Source: Candidatus Jordarchaeia archaeon (GTDB taxonomy: Archaea; Asgardarchaeota; Jordiarchaeia; Jordiarchaeales; Jordiarchaeaceae). From it: a stretch of 64,000 nucleotides of DNA. The stretch lies in NCBI GenBank assembly GCA_029856435.1, contig JAHQXB010000063.1:1-64000 (forward strand), read 5' to 3'. Of the stretch, positions 10,074-18,606 are shown in pieces. A program made the position numbers and the translations under genes. The notes below the pieces were generated by a model that was given only the letters and a program-made list of their open reading frames with translations, was not told the DNA's origin and did not search any database. How positions within the stretch are numbered: the first letter of the stretch is position 1; every line of letters starts with the position of its first letter.

Positions 10074-10298
10074 ATGAGCGAAAAATATATCACTTTGACC
10101 AAGCACTTCGTCGGAAAATGGAAATGGAACTGTCTAATCTGCTCCCTTGATATCGATCCAGCTAAAGACGCGGGAAACGTGTACCAGTGCGGCAAATGTC
10201 GTTACATGATGCACCTAGATGAACTCAAAAACTGGATGGCCTCCCGGAACACTAAAAGGTGTCCCTTGTGTGGATGTGAAGTTGAAATCAAGAGCTAA
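10074..10298 (+). CDS. Small stand-alone RING-variant zinc-finger protein
   Basis: CLIC..CGKC..MHLDE..W..CPLC. Confidence 0.75.
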   Translation: MSEKYITLTKHFVGKWKWNCLICSLDIDPAKDAGNVYQCGKCRYMMHLDELKNWMASRNTKRCPLCGCEVEIKS

Positions 10299-10325
10299 AG
10301 ATTCTAAATTTTATGTTTAGGATTC

Positions 10326-11033
10326 CTATTTCTGAAGGATAGCGAATTTTCCACAGGTGGGACATTTTCCATTCAGTCTGACGTAGGCTTTTATGCAGCC
10401 CTCATGGAAGAGAACCGAGCAAGATTCACACTTCCAAATTGCTACCACATTGTTAAGGACTGTTTTGCAAAGTCCGCAGATTCCGCTTTTGGGAAGCAGT
10501 AGAGGGCGCAGATAAGCGATAGATGCGAGGTTTAAAGCTTCTGCAAAGGGGCAATAGGTGTGGAAAACGCCTGAACCAGCTTGACAGCCTATTCCACCCA
10601 ACTGCTTCCACTCGCTCTTAAGCTCAAATACGTTTCCGACGCGGGTAATAACCCAACAAGGTTCCTTACAAAATCTTGAAAAAATTTTTTTGTAGCCATT
10701 TAGGAATCCTCTTGAAATAGCTTGTGTTGTCGCTGCTAGTTCTTCATCACGAGAATTTCTGAATAAAACATCTCGATTCACGAGATGACCCAATTCGTGA
10801 GCCATAACAGCAGCAACTTCATCTTCGCTCCATCCCCTCAATTTTTCACTTATAGTAATAAAATGTTCCCTCACAACGCTTTTCCTCCCTTTTCTCAACT
10901 CAACGGTTTTAACACTCGCAAGCATATCCTTCTTAAGTTCACCAAACTTGGTTTTGAATTTTTCATTTTTTAAATCAGGGAACGCAGGCAGCACCAAATT
11001 TCTCAGAATCCATCCCAAATAATGCTCACTCAT
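10326..11033 (-). CDS. HExxH zinc-peptidase-like domain fused to C4HC3 RING
   Basis: VMAHELGHL; C-terminal CGLC..CESC..FHEGC..CPTC. Confidence 0.75.
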   Translation of the reverse strand: MSEHYLGWILRNLVLPAFPDLKNEKFKTKFGELKKDMLASVKTVELRKGRKSVVREHFITISEKLRGWSEDEVAAVMAHELGHLVNRDVLFRNSRDEELAATTQAISRGFLNGYKKIFSRFCKEPCWVITRVGNVFELKSEWKQLGGIGCQAGSGVFHTYCPFAEALNLASIAYLRPLLLPKSGICGLCKTVLNNVVAIWKCESCSVLFHEGCIKAYVRLNGKCPTCGKFAILQK

Positions 11034-11109
11034 TAGAACAGCTCCCGAAGACCAAACAGATAAAAAGCAAATAAGAAAGGTAAAACAGCATTTAAAAAGA
11101 ATTCCGAAT

Positions 11110-11213
11110 ATACAATATAGACATTCCAGTTAATTTTTCCTTTTCGCTTCCAGAAAATATGGTTTTTTTCCGCCTTTTTTGGGAAAGAAGCCTTAAATAA
11201 CCCCGGGTTAAGG
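11110..11213 (-). repeat. Dispersed ~100-bp repeat, copy 2
   Basis: Reverse complement closely matches 159-265; lies in a divergent intergenic region. Confidence 0.9.
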
Positions 11214-11327
11214 ATAGGTTTAGGAAAAAATTAATGAGAAACTCTATAAATACAAGTAAATTCTGGAATTCAAAGCCATAAAAATTTCAGAGTTTATGGA
11301 GAGTTTGAGGGCAGAAGATGGTTAAAG

Positions 11328-12188
11328 ATGGGAGATATAGATTATTATAAGCGTTTAACATTAGAAGCTAAACTGATTAAACAAAAGTACAAGACACTTG
11401 GAACCGGCAGAGAAGGAAAACTCTCCAAATGGTCGGGCTACATCACAGTTAGAAATCGCCCCCTTTTTGTTTCAATTCAGATACCTGAAGATTTCCCTAA
11501 CAAGCCACCCCTCATAAAGGCCAGCGGTGTTCAAACTAATTTAAATGAGGAGTTAGGCGTTCTCAAAAATTGGAGACAAGAATACAACGTAACAGATGTT
11601 ATAGACGCTCTGAGAAAATATTTAGAAGAAAAAATAGATGCAGATAAGACCACACCAAGGAGGCTGGCAGAAGAACTTCAAAGAATGATAGAAAATTCAC
11701 ATTTACTTATGAGTAGATCCGAGTATGTGTCCATTAGACTCACGAGGGACACCTCCAGCCTAAGAGAATACAGATTAATGGTTGTATTCCTAAAATACTC
11801 AAAACCAAGACTTAATGGAAAAGTAATAAACATTAAACTAGTTCTCCCAGAAGAATTTCCAACGGTGAAACCAAGAATAGAAATATCCAGCGGCAAAGAA
11901 GAAATAGATTTGAATTTGGAAAAATATTTAGAGAATCTACCGCCTATGAGGAATTGGACTCCGGATAAGCACCTATTTGAAGTTGCATTATCCATTTTAG
12001 AATTTTTTAGTAATTTTGCGATGGCAGTTTGCCCAATTTGCCTAAACAAAATTACTGCACAGGAATATGATAGCGCCATCAAATGTATAAACCCCAGATG
12101 CCGGAGCTTGTATCACAAAAATTGCTTCGAAGGCTGGATAAGACAAGGATACAAAAGAGAATGTGTGTTTTGTGACACACCAGTATAA
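11328..12188 (+). CDS. Tandem UBC/RWD-like domains plus C4HC3 RING (FANCL-like E3 architecture)
   Basis: IQIPEDFPNKPP and LVLPEEFPTVKP motifs, each followed by a W-containing helix start, no catalytic Cys; CPIC..CINPRC..YHKNC..W..CVFC. Confidence 0.75.
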   Translation: MGDIDYYKRLTLEAKLIKQKYKTLGTGREGKLSKWSGYITVRNRPLFVSIQIPEDFPNKPPLIKASGVQTNLNEELGVLKNWRQEYNVTDVIDALRKYLEEKIDADKTTPRRLAEELQRMIENSHLLMSRSEYVSIRLTRDTSSLREYRLMVVFLKYSKPRLNGKVINIKLVLPEEFPTVKPRIEISSGKEEIDLNLEKYLENLPPMRNWTPDKHLFEVALSILEFFSNFAMAVCPICLNKITAQEYDSAIKCINPRCRSLYHKNCFEGWIRQGYKRECVFCDTPV

Positions 12189-12221
12189 ATCAATAAGACA
12201 TCAAGATGCCAAGAGTTTAAC

Positions 12222-13373
12222 CTATTTTATGAAGTTTAACTTGAAGGTTTTAGGGGTGGCAAGATATTTTGATATTACAAATATATTTTCGCCAGACTTC
12301 AATCCAACATCCTTAAGCCTGAGTTCTTCCCCCAAGGGGAAGTGCTCCCTGTATGCTATTTCGGGGTCGGGAATGGCATATCTTTGGGAAATCTGTACTT
12401 TGATGTCAAAAACCGTAGCATTTGAATCCACGTTCATTTGCTGTGCTTCGTCTCCCAACCCGCAGAGCCAACAGTCAGCTCTTCGCGTCCGAGTCAAGCA
12501 ATCGAGACCCCCGCTGATTCCGTTATATCGAAACATCTCCACACTTCTAGGTAAGCCGAGCAAAACTTTTATTGCCTCTTGGGACTGAATCCCCGCTATT
12601 ATGGCGTTCGTAGTTAGGATGGCTGGTAATTTTGGAGCTATCTTTTCCTGTATTTCTTTTGCGAGTTCCTCAGAAACTCCTGGAACTGAGACCAAGTTTT
12701 TAAGTTTGGCGTATTTTAGATCAAGCTCAGTCTTGTAGCCTCTTAAAAATAACTCTTCAACAATATCAAGTGTTAAACCTTTTATTCCGTACTTTTCCAA
12801 CTCGTTGAATAAATCGCGGGGCTTGCGTCTTCTCAAAGAACACCAAACTCTCTGCTTCTCTTTGGGAGGATAACACTCATAACAGGGAGTCACGTAAGGG
12901 ATTATTACACGTACGTGACCAAAGAAACCATGTGTACCAGCATCAATAAAGGGTTTATTTAGAGACACCGCCACTGAGTTCAGATAACGGCGGCCTTCAA
13001 AATTATCCAAACTACTCAGAAAAATATCAGCTTTCCGATACACATCAATACTAATACACTCTATATTATCATAGTAAGATTCAACTTCTACGTTGGGATT
13101 CATTTCAGTCAAGTTACGTTTAGCAGCCACAACTTTGGGTGAACCGATATCCTGGTCTCTATACAACATTTGCCTACTTAGATTGGAGAGCTCCACAACA
13201 TCATTATCTATTATAATTAATTTCCCAACACCCATAAGAATCAAATTTTTTGCCGATTCGCAACCCAGAGCACCCATACCCGCAATTAAAACAGTAGAAT
13301 TCATCAGTTTATCCTGATTCCAAGCAACACCCATAACATTCACAAGTTTTTGTCTATGATAACGACCCTCCAT
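12222..13373 (-). CDS. Ubiquitin-activating enzyme E1-like (ThiF/UBA) with HhH insert and C-terminal Ubl domain
   Basis: GMGALGCE, DNDVVELSNLSRQ, PCYEC..WCSL, PAILTTNAIIAG, CWLC, terminal ubiquitin-fold-like segment. Confidence 0.9.
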   Translation of the reverse strand: MEGRYHRQKLVNVMGVAWNQDKLMNSTVLIAGMGALGCESAKNLILMGVGKLIIIDNDVVELSNLSRQMLYRDQDIGSPKVVAAKRNLTEMNPNVEVESYYDNIECISIDVYRKADIFLSSLDNFEGRRYLNSVAVSLNKPFIDAGTHGFFGHVRVIIPYVTPCYECYPPKEKQRVWCSLRRRKPRDLFNELEKYGIKGLTLDIVEELFLRGYKTELDLKYAKLKNLVSVPGVSEELAKEIQEKIAPKLPAILTTNAIIAGIQSQEAIKVLLGLPRSVEMFRYNGISGGLDCLTRTRRADCWLCGLGDEAQQMNVDSNATVFDIKVQISQRYAIPDPEIAYREHFPLGEELRLKDVGLKSGENIFVISKYLATPKTFKLNFIK

Positions 13374-13402
13374 GCCAAAACCCTCACAGAAGTTTCACTT
13401 TT

Positions 13403-13882
13403 CTACCAACCCTGGTTGGCGTAGTTTAGAACATATTCCCGGGCTATTTCAAGAAATTTTTGCGGTTCCCGTCTCTGCTGGTAAGCCGCCTGTGAATTAA
13501 GGGGATTATCAGGGTTAGGATTGTTCAGCAGCGTCCTCAGAGCTTCTATAACCCCAACAATGTTTGTCTGTGGCTTCCACTCTCTCCCCAATATTGCTAT
13601 ACAAACCGAAAAAGGCGGCCGATCACCGAAAGCAATATTAGGATGCCATATCCGAGTGTGCCACAAAACTTCCGGTGGCTCAAAAGGAAAACGCCGAGTA
13701 ATCTTAATCTCAACCTTAAACATTCCCCCTTCGTAGGGGGAACCGGCGGAACCGTATATTATTCCGCGCCAATGAGTTAACTTACCATTCACCGAATGGA
13801 AGGTAGGCTCCTCCCTCCTCATCCGCTGAGCCTCTAATGCGAGCCTAGCCCAGTAGCGTTCCGAATCAAGTTGAGCAGGCGT
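13403..13882 (-). CDS. Ubiquitin-conjugating enzyme E2 (active-site Cys present; apparent ACG start)
   Basis: SPYEGGMF, FPFEPP, WHPNI, VCIAIL..W, PNPDNPLN; frame extends 20 codons upstream of ATG 13822 to an ACG at 13882 preceded by AGGGGGT. Confidence 0.9.
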   Translation of the reverse strand, partial: TPAQLDSERYWARLALEAQRMRREEPTFHSVNGKLTHWRGIIYGSAGSPYEGGMFKVEIKITRRFPFEPPEVLWHTRIWHPNIAFGDRPPFSVCIAILGREWKPQTNIVGVIEALRTLLNNPNPDNPLNSQAAYQQRREPQKFLEIAREYVLNYANQGW

Positions 13883-13975
13883 TTAGGAACCCCCTGAAGA
13901 ATTATGTTCTAAGCTTCCATGGTAAGCTAAGACCATGTCGGAATTTTGTGTCGAATAGGAAATCCTTAAATGTTT

Positions 13976-14221
13976 CTAGAAGCCACCTTCAATATCAGAA
14001 CTGACATAGAATATTTTATCGCCATCTTGAACTCCAACACTTCCCAGAGGGGCATTATCATCTTGTAGTTCAATACCCCTACAGGTTAGGGTGAGAGCAC
14101 TTGCTGGAACTCCACATTGTTTAGCCACTCTCTCTTTCAGAGACTTCACACTTTCCTCTGGGTCTACCTCCATCTCAAAGGGGGCTTCCTGACCGATAGC
14201 AGGTACAATTCGGATGAGCAT
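13976..14221 (-). CDS. Ubiquitin-like modifier with C-terminal GG-F
   Basis: Beta-grasp pattern (VDPEESVKSLKERVA..GVP..L..L..G.EL.D..L..GV.DGD) ending IEGGF. Confidence 0.9.
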   Translation of the reverse strand: MLIRIVPAIGQEAPFEMEVDPEESVKSLKERVAKQCGVPASALTLTCRGIELQDDNAPLGSVGVQDGDKIFYVSSDIEGGF

Positions 14222-14555
14222 TGTTTAACCACCAACAACTTAACTGGTAAGTGTAAATCTTATTATATGTATTCAGAGGAAGATGAACAATTTAAAGTCT
14301 TCTCATAGAAATCTAGCTACTAGAAAGACAACCTAGATCACGAGAAAGACAACCTAGTTTACGGACAGCAACTTCGAATGAAGTACAACCTATAATAAGA
14401 GATGTTCTAATCCGCATTTCCCATTCCTAAAAAGTGAATCTATTTGTGGGTTTCCAGCCGCAAGTATTTGTGAAAAGTAAAAGGGACGTGAAGCGTGAGT
14501 CTATCTGTCCTTTTTTAACGAAAACTAGTTGTGAAGTCTTTTGAAAATTTGTTAT

Positions 14556-15245
14556 TTATTTGGTGAGCCAGCCATATTTTTTGTATGTTTTAATTCCTTC
14601 TTTTGATTTTAGGAATTGAATGAATTTTTTCGCCGTGTCTTTGTTTTTGCAGAAGGCGGTTGCTGCTATTAGGGTGCTTCTGTAAACTTGTGCTTCTCTG
14701 GGGATTTCAATTGCGTCGAATGTTTTGGGGTGTAGAGCTTTGTAGGTATTCCATCCGAATGCCACATCCACCTTTTTTCTGACTATGGAGCCTAGTAGTT
14801 CTCCGCATCCATCGGCGAAAAGTGTTATGTTTTTTTGTATTTCTTGTGTTAGAGCAGTTTTGCTGGCTATTTCGTCCCAGACTCCCTTTAGACTGTCTAC
14901 CGTAGATATGGCGATTTTGATGTCTTTTTTTGTTAAATCATGGAGGGATCTTATTTTTTTGGGGTTACCTTTCTGTGTTAGGATTACTGATCTTCTGTAG
15001 CCTAGGATGCTTCTGGTTTCTCTGTCTATTAAATTATTTTTTTGTAGTTCATCCATTATGTATGCTGCTCCACAGGTAAAAACGTCGCAGAGTCCAGTTT
15101 CGATTTTGGGAATTATTTCCGATGGCAGCCCTATGGTATATTTGAGTTCCACGCCACATATTTCTTGAAATCTTTTTCCAGAAATTTTTAGGGGGGTGGC
15201 AACATCACAGCAAGAACAAATATTTAAAACCTGCTTCTGAGACAA
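14556..15245 (-). CDS. ModA-like (molybdate/tungstate-type) substrate-binding domain protein, no signal peptide
   Basis: CDVFTCGAAYIMDEL, GNPKKIRSLHDL, KIAIS, VDVAFGW, AKKFIQFLKSKEG..KKYGW. Confidence 0.65.
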   Translation of the reverse strand: MSQKQVLNICSCCDVATPLKISGKRFQEICGVELKYTIGLPSEIIPKIETGLCDVFTCGAAYIMDELQKNNLIDRETRSILGYRRSVILTQKGNPKKIRSLHDLTKKDIKIAISTVDSLKGVWDEIASKTALTQEIQKNITLFADGCGELLGSIVRKKVDVAFGWNTYKALHPKTFDAIEIPREAQVYRSTLIAATAFCKNKDTAKKFIQFLKSKEGIKTYKKYGWLTK

Positions 15246-15420
15246 ATATTTTCTCCTCCCTTTTACGGAATGTCAGAGTTATCAATAGTTTTATAATAAA
15301 ATCTAATAAAATATGCCTCATATGTGGAAATAATGGATGATGGTGTAGAGTATTTGTGGCTCTGTTATTTGAGAAAAGAAAGTGGCGCGTCCGCTTGGGA
15401 TTGCTCGGTGGGGAAAACTT

Positions 15421-16086
15421 ATGGTTGATGTTAGGATTTATCCTTTGACTCTTGCTAAGATTATTAGGCATAGTACAATGTTTTCGGGTATAGAAGTGGC
15501 AGGTGTTTTGATTGGGAGATTAGTGAATGGTGTAGTTGAGATTTCGGATTCGGATACCGGTCCGCAGATTGGTACAACGGGCCATGTGAAGCTGGCGAGA
15601 TATGTGGCGCCACTCATTGCTGAGAAGCTTCACAGGCAGGGAAGAAGTGATTACATTGTTGGGTGGTATCACTCACACCCGGGATTTGGCTGTTTTCTTT
15701 CTCCAATTGATGTAGACACCCAATCAGGACTCCAGAAGATGTTTTCCAAATGCGTAGCGTTGGTCGTTGACCCTTATGAGTTCATTATTTCGGGTCGCCC
15801 ACGTGATGCAAAAATCGAAATGTTTAGAGTTCAAGATGGTAGAATTGTTACACTGGAATATGAGGTTGTTTTTGAGACTGATAAGATTATCAGAAACTTT
15901 ATTGATAACCTAGAGAGAGGCGAGGATCAATACGTAACTTCTTTAGACAAGATTAGGTTAGAGTTTTATGAATGGAACAGAAAGTTGGAAGAAAAAGTAG
16001 GTTTTGTTACTGAGGAAATCAAACAAATCCGTGAAGCACTGGCAAACATTCTTGAAGCACTAAAGCAAGGTAGACGAATATCATAA
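15421..16086 (+). CDS. JAB1/MPN+ (JAMM) metalloprotease, Rpn11-like
   Basis: EVAGVLIG, VGWYHSHPGFGCFLSPIDVDTQ, VALVVDP. Confidence 0.92.
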   Translation: MVDVRIYPLTLAKIIRHSTMFSGIEVAGVLIGRLVNGVVEISDSDTGPQIGTTGHVKLARYVAPLIAEKLHRQGRSDYIVGWYHSHPGFGCFLSPIDVDTQSGLQKMFSKCVALVVDPYEFIISGRPRDAKIEMFRVQDGRIVTLEYEVVFETDKIIRNFIDNLERGEDQYVTSLDKIRLEFYEWNRKLEEKVGFVTEEIKQIREALANILEALKQGRRIS

Positions 16087-16218
16087 AATTTTAGAATTCA
16101 ACAATTAATAGGTCGCCTCATAATTTTTTAAGCTCCCTTTTGGCGCAGGACTTGTTTCAGAAATCTTCGGAAAGGAGTGGCCCTTTTGTGATTTTGAAAA
16201 GTTTTGGGTTAGGAGACA

Positions 16219-16929
16219 CTATTTTTTGATTAGGATGCAGATGGGTAGGCTGGCTCTTTTCCAGTCAGCATACTTTCCTTCGTATTCGATTTCAGGCGCT
16301 TGCTCCCTTCCATGAGTTCCCAATACTGCCAGAAGTGTTCCAGGAGTGGCTTGTTTATGGAGTACTTTTAGCCACTTGTCTGTGCGGGAAATTAACTTCT
16401 GTGTAATTTCTTTAGGAGGTCTGAAGCTGTATTGTTTATAAAGGGTTTCAAAGTCGATAAAGTGTATCCATAGAAAATCTGTTCGGTTAAGAATTTTAAC
16501 AGTTTCAATATATGTTCTATTATCTGAATCGCTTGGCCTTGTTTCCACTCCTTTTACTCCCTCGAGGTCCTCTGGCCTGGCAATCATTGTCACTTTACGT
16601 CCATGCTCCGCCATAAAAGTTAAGAGATTAAAATCAGCGTCGGGATTACCATGAATGACCTCTTGTAGGACATGGGGCGTGTAGGGATTCTCAGTTTCCA
16701 GCATTAATATTGCTTCTGATTTTCCAATGAGGAATTTAGGCTGATAATAAGTACACTCTAGCAAACCAAAATTGTCAAAAATGGCGAAAATTAAGTGATT
16801 GGATCTAAGAGTGTTAGGAATACCCTCTATTTGGGGTGGTATCCTACTCGGAGGTTGAATGCCCAAAAGGTTCAAAAGCGTAGCTGGAACTTGATTCATT
16901 CGTCCTTGAAACGCAGAGATATCACTCAT
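16219..16929 (-). CDS. Alkaline-phosphatase-superfamily-like protein (divergent)
   Basis: VPATLLNLLG, IFAIFDNFG, FLWIHFID, AVLGTHG. Confidence 0.5.
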   Translation of the reverse strand: MSDISAFQGRMNQVPATLLNLLGIQPPSRIPPQIEGIPNTLRSNHLIFAIFDNFGLLECTYYQPKFLIGKSEAILMLETENPYTPHVLQEVIHGNPDADFNLLTFMAEHGRKVTMIARPEDLEGVKGVETRPSDSDNRTYIETVKILNRTDFLWIHFIDFETLYKQYSFRPPKEITQKLISRTDKWLKVLHKQATPGTLLAVLGTHGREQAPEIEYEGKYADWKRASLPICILIKK

Positions 16930-17052
16930 GTTCCGCTTTCCACCTAACAATTGTAGAAGTTGAGAGCTACATGATTAAATTATTCTAAGGATATTATTAA
17001 AAATAACCTTATTTAAAACATTTCATTAAAAACAATTCCGGGGAATGCTTCC

Positions 17053-17397
17053 ATGGAGAAAGAGCTTCCAGGAACAGAAAAGGAAGAAGAAAAGGTAGAC
17101 GCCCTCGCAACCCTACTATTTCTAATTTCCATATTAATTTTAGGCTACATTTTTCAAGGCTGGTGGACAGGGTTGTATCCCTTCACAATGAATTCCGTGG
17201 GGGAAGTAATGATTACTTCACCAATAGTTTTACTAATTTTGGGTTCTCTGTCTCTTTTGAGTTTGGTTGGAGGAATGATTCGCGCCCACTACTCCCGAGA
17301 AGGGGTGATTCTAACAGCAATAGCGGGAATAATTATACTTCTAATATTGGGTTATGTATTATTATCCAGCTATAACCCGTTTCAACTACTAGGATAA
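17053..17397 (+). CDS. Hypothetical membrane protein (3 TM)
   Basis: 114-aa ORF with three hydrophobic stretches. Confidence 0.6.
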   Translation: MEKELPGTEKEEEKVDALATLLFLISILILGYIFQGWWTGLYPFTMNSVGEVMITSPIVLLILGSLSLLSLVGGMIRAHYSREGVILTAIAGIIILLILGYVLLSSYNPFQLLG

Positions 17398-17436
17398 ACA
17401 AAGTAGTGGGGTATGTTTGATTTGATAAGGCTTTTA

Positions 17437-18422
17437 TCACTCTTCGCCGAACAAAATTTTGGATAGTTCTTTTAGTTGTTCTATGCCCCGGATTTCTTTG
17501 TCGTAGAGGGGAACCTCTGTTATGTTAAAGTCGTCGTATAGTTCATGTATTTCTTTAAGGTTCTCTAACTGCATACTTCTACGTGCCCGACAAAAGGGAC
17601 AGTTAGGTATGTCTGGATAAACCATGTTAACGATTATGTGGTCGCAGGGGATTTCGTACTCGTTGAGAGCGGAGAGTAATCTTTCTGTCTCAAAAACAGC
17701 CATTGCTTCAGGTATCATAACAACTACGAAAGCTGTACTCTCCGGATTCGATAGTTCAGCCCGAGCCACATCAATGGTAGTCTTCAGTTTTTCCAAAACT
17801 TCCATACTGCGATCAACTTCACCGCCCTTGCCGATTAATTTTTTAAAGAGTCCCGCTAGTCGTCCAAAGTATTCCCTTATTTTTAGCATGTTAATAACCC
17901 AGCCGCTGAGTACATCTGGCAGCGATAAGAGCCTTAAGGTGTGTCCCGTTGGGGCAGTATCAAATATTACGAGGTCATACTCAGGATTTTCGATGTATTC
18001 AAGTACCTTAGCAAACGCTAAGGCCTCGTCTGCTCCTGGAGGAGTCATACCAGTTAAGCCCCCCATACTCTCCAGTAGTGATTGGGCCTGAGGCTCGGAA
18101 AAATCTCCTTGCTCCAGATTTTTCTTGTAATCCTCAAAGGCTTTATGAGGGTCAATCTCTAATCCGTAGAGATTTTTTACTCCCTTAATTTTCTTAATTT
18201 TTGGACCTATGTGTTGGTCAAAACTATCACTTAGGCTATGGGCAGGGTCTGTACTAATGATAAGGGTTTTGAGTCCATATTCCGCTGCCCAAATAGCTGC
18301 AGCAGCCGAGCAACTGGTCTTTCCTACTCCCCCTTTTGAGGGACTAGTTAAACATAACTAATCTTTCCTCCGAAGAGTAGGAATTTTACTTGCCTCTCTT
18401 TTAGTAGATCGGCTATTGTCAT
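17437..18422 (-). CDS. Get3/ArsA family ATPase, intron-containing (exons 18422-18365 and 18335-17437; 318 aa)
   Basis: Spliced MTIADLLKERQVKFLLFGGKGGVGKTSCSAA..STDPAHSLSD..PGADE..FDTAPTGHTLRLL..CPFC; AGGTGG upstream of ATG 18422. Confidence 0.92.
18336..18364 (-). other. 29-nt BHB intron in get3/arsA Walker A motif
   Basis: GAGG-AAA-[GATTAGTTA tgtt TAACTAGTC]-CCTC-AAA, flanked by exon helix TTCCTACTC/GAGTAGGAA. Confidence 0.92.
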
Positions 18423-18606
18423 TGCTTACTTCCACCTGTTTTTCAGTTATGATTATGATTGGTGACATATTTACACATTTATGCTTGAATTTAAGTTTTA
18501 TTCATTAGATTCTACCTGTTTTGAGAATTAATTTTTGACCTATTACCTTGAATCGGAGATTTACAATTTATAAAGGTTGAACTTATTTGAAATCCCTGTA
18601 TTTATC

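Noticed and set aside
14322-14357. AGAAAGACAACCTAG repeated with 21-nt period upstream of ubiquitin
   Set aside because: Only two good copies plus degenerate neighbours; too short for CRISPR and no function is supportable.
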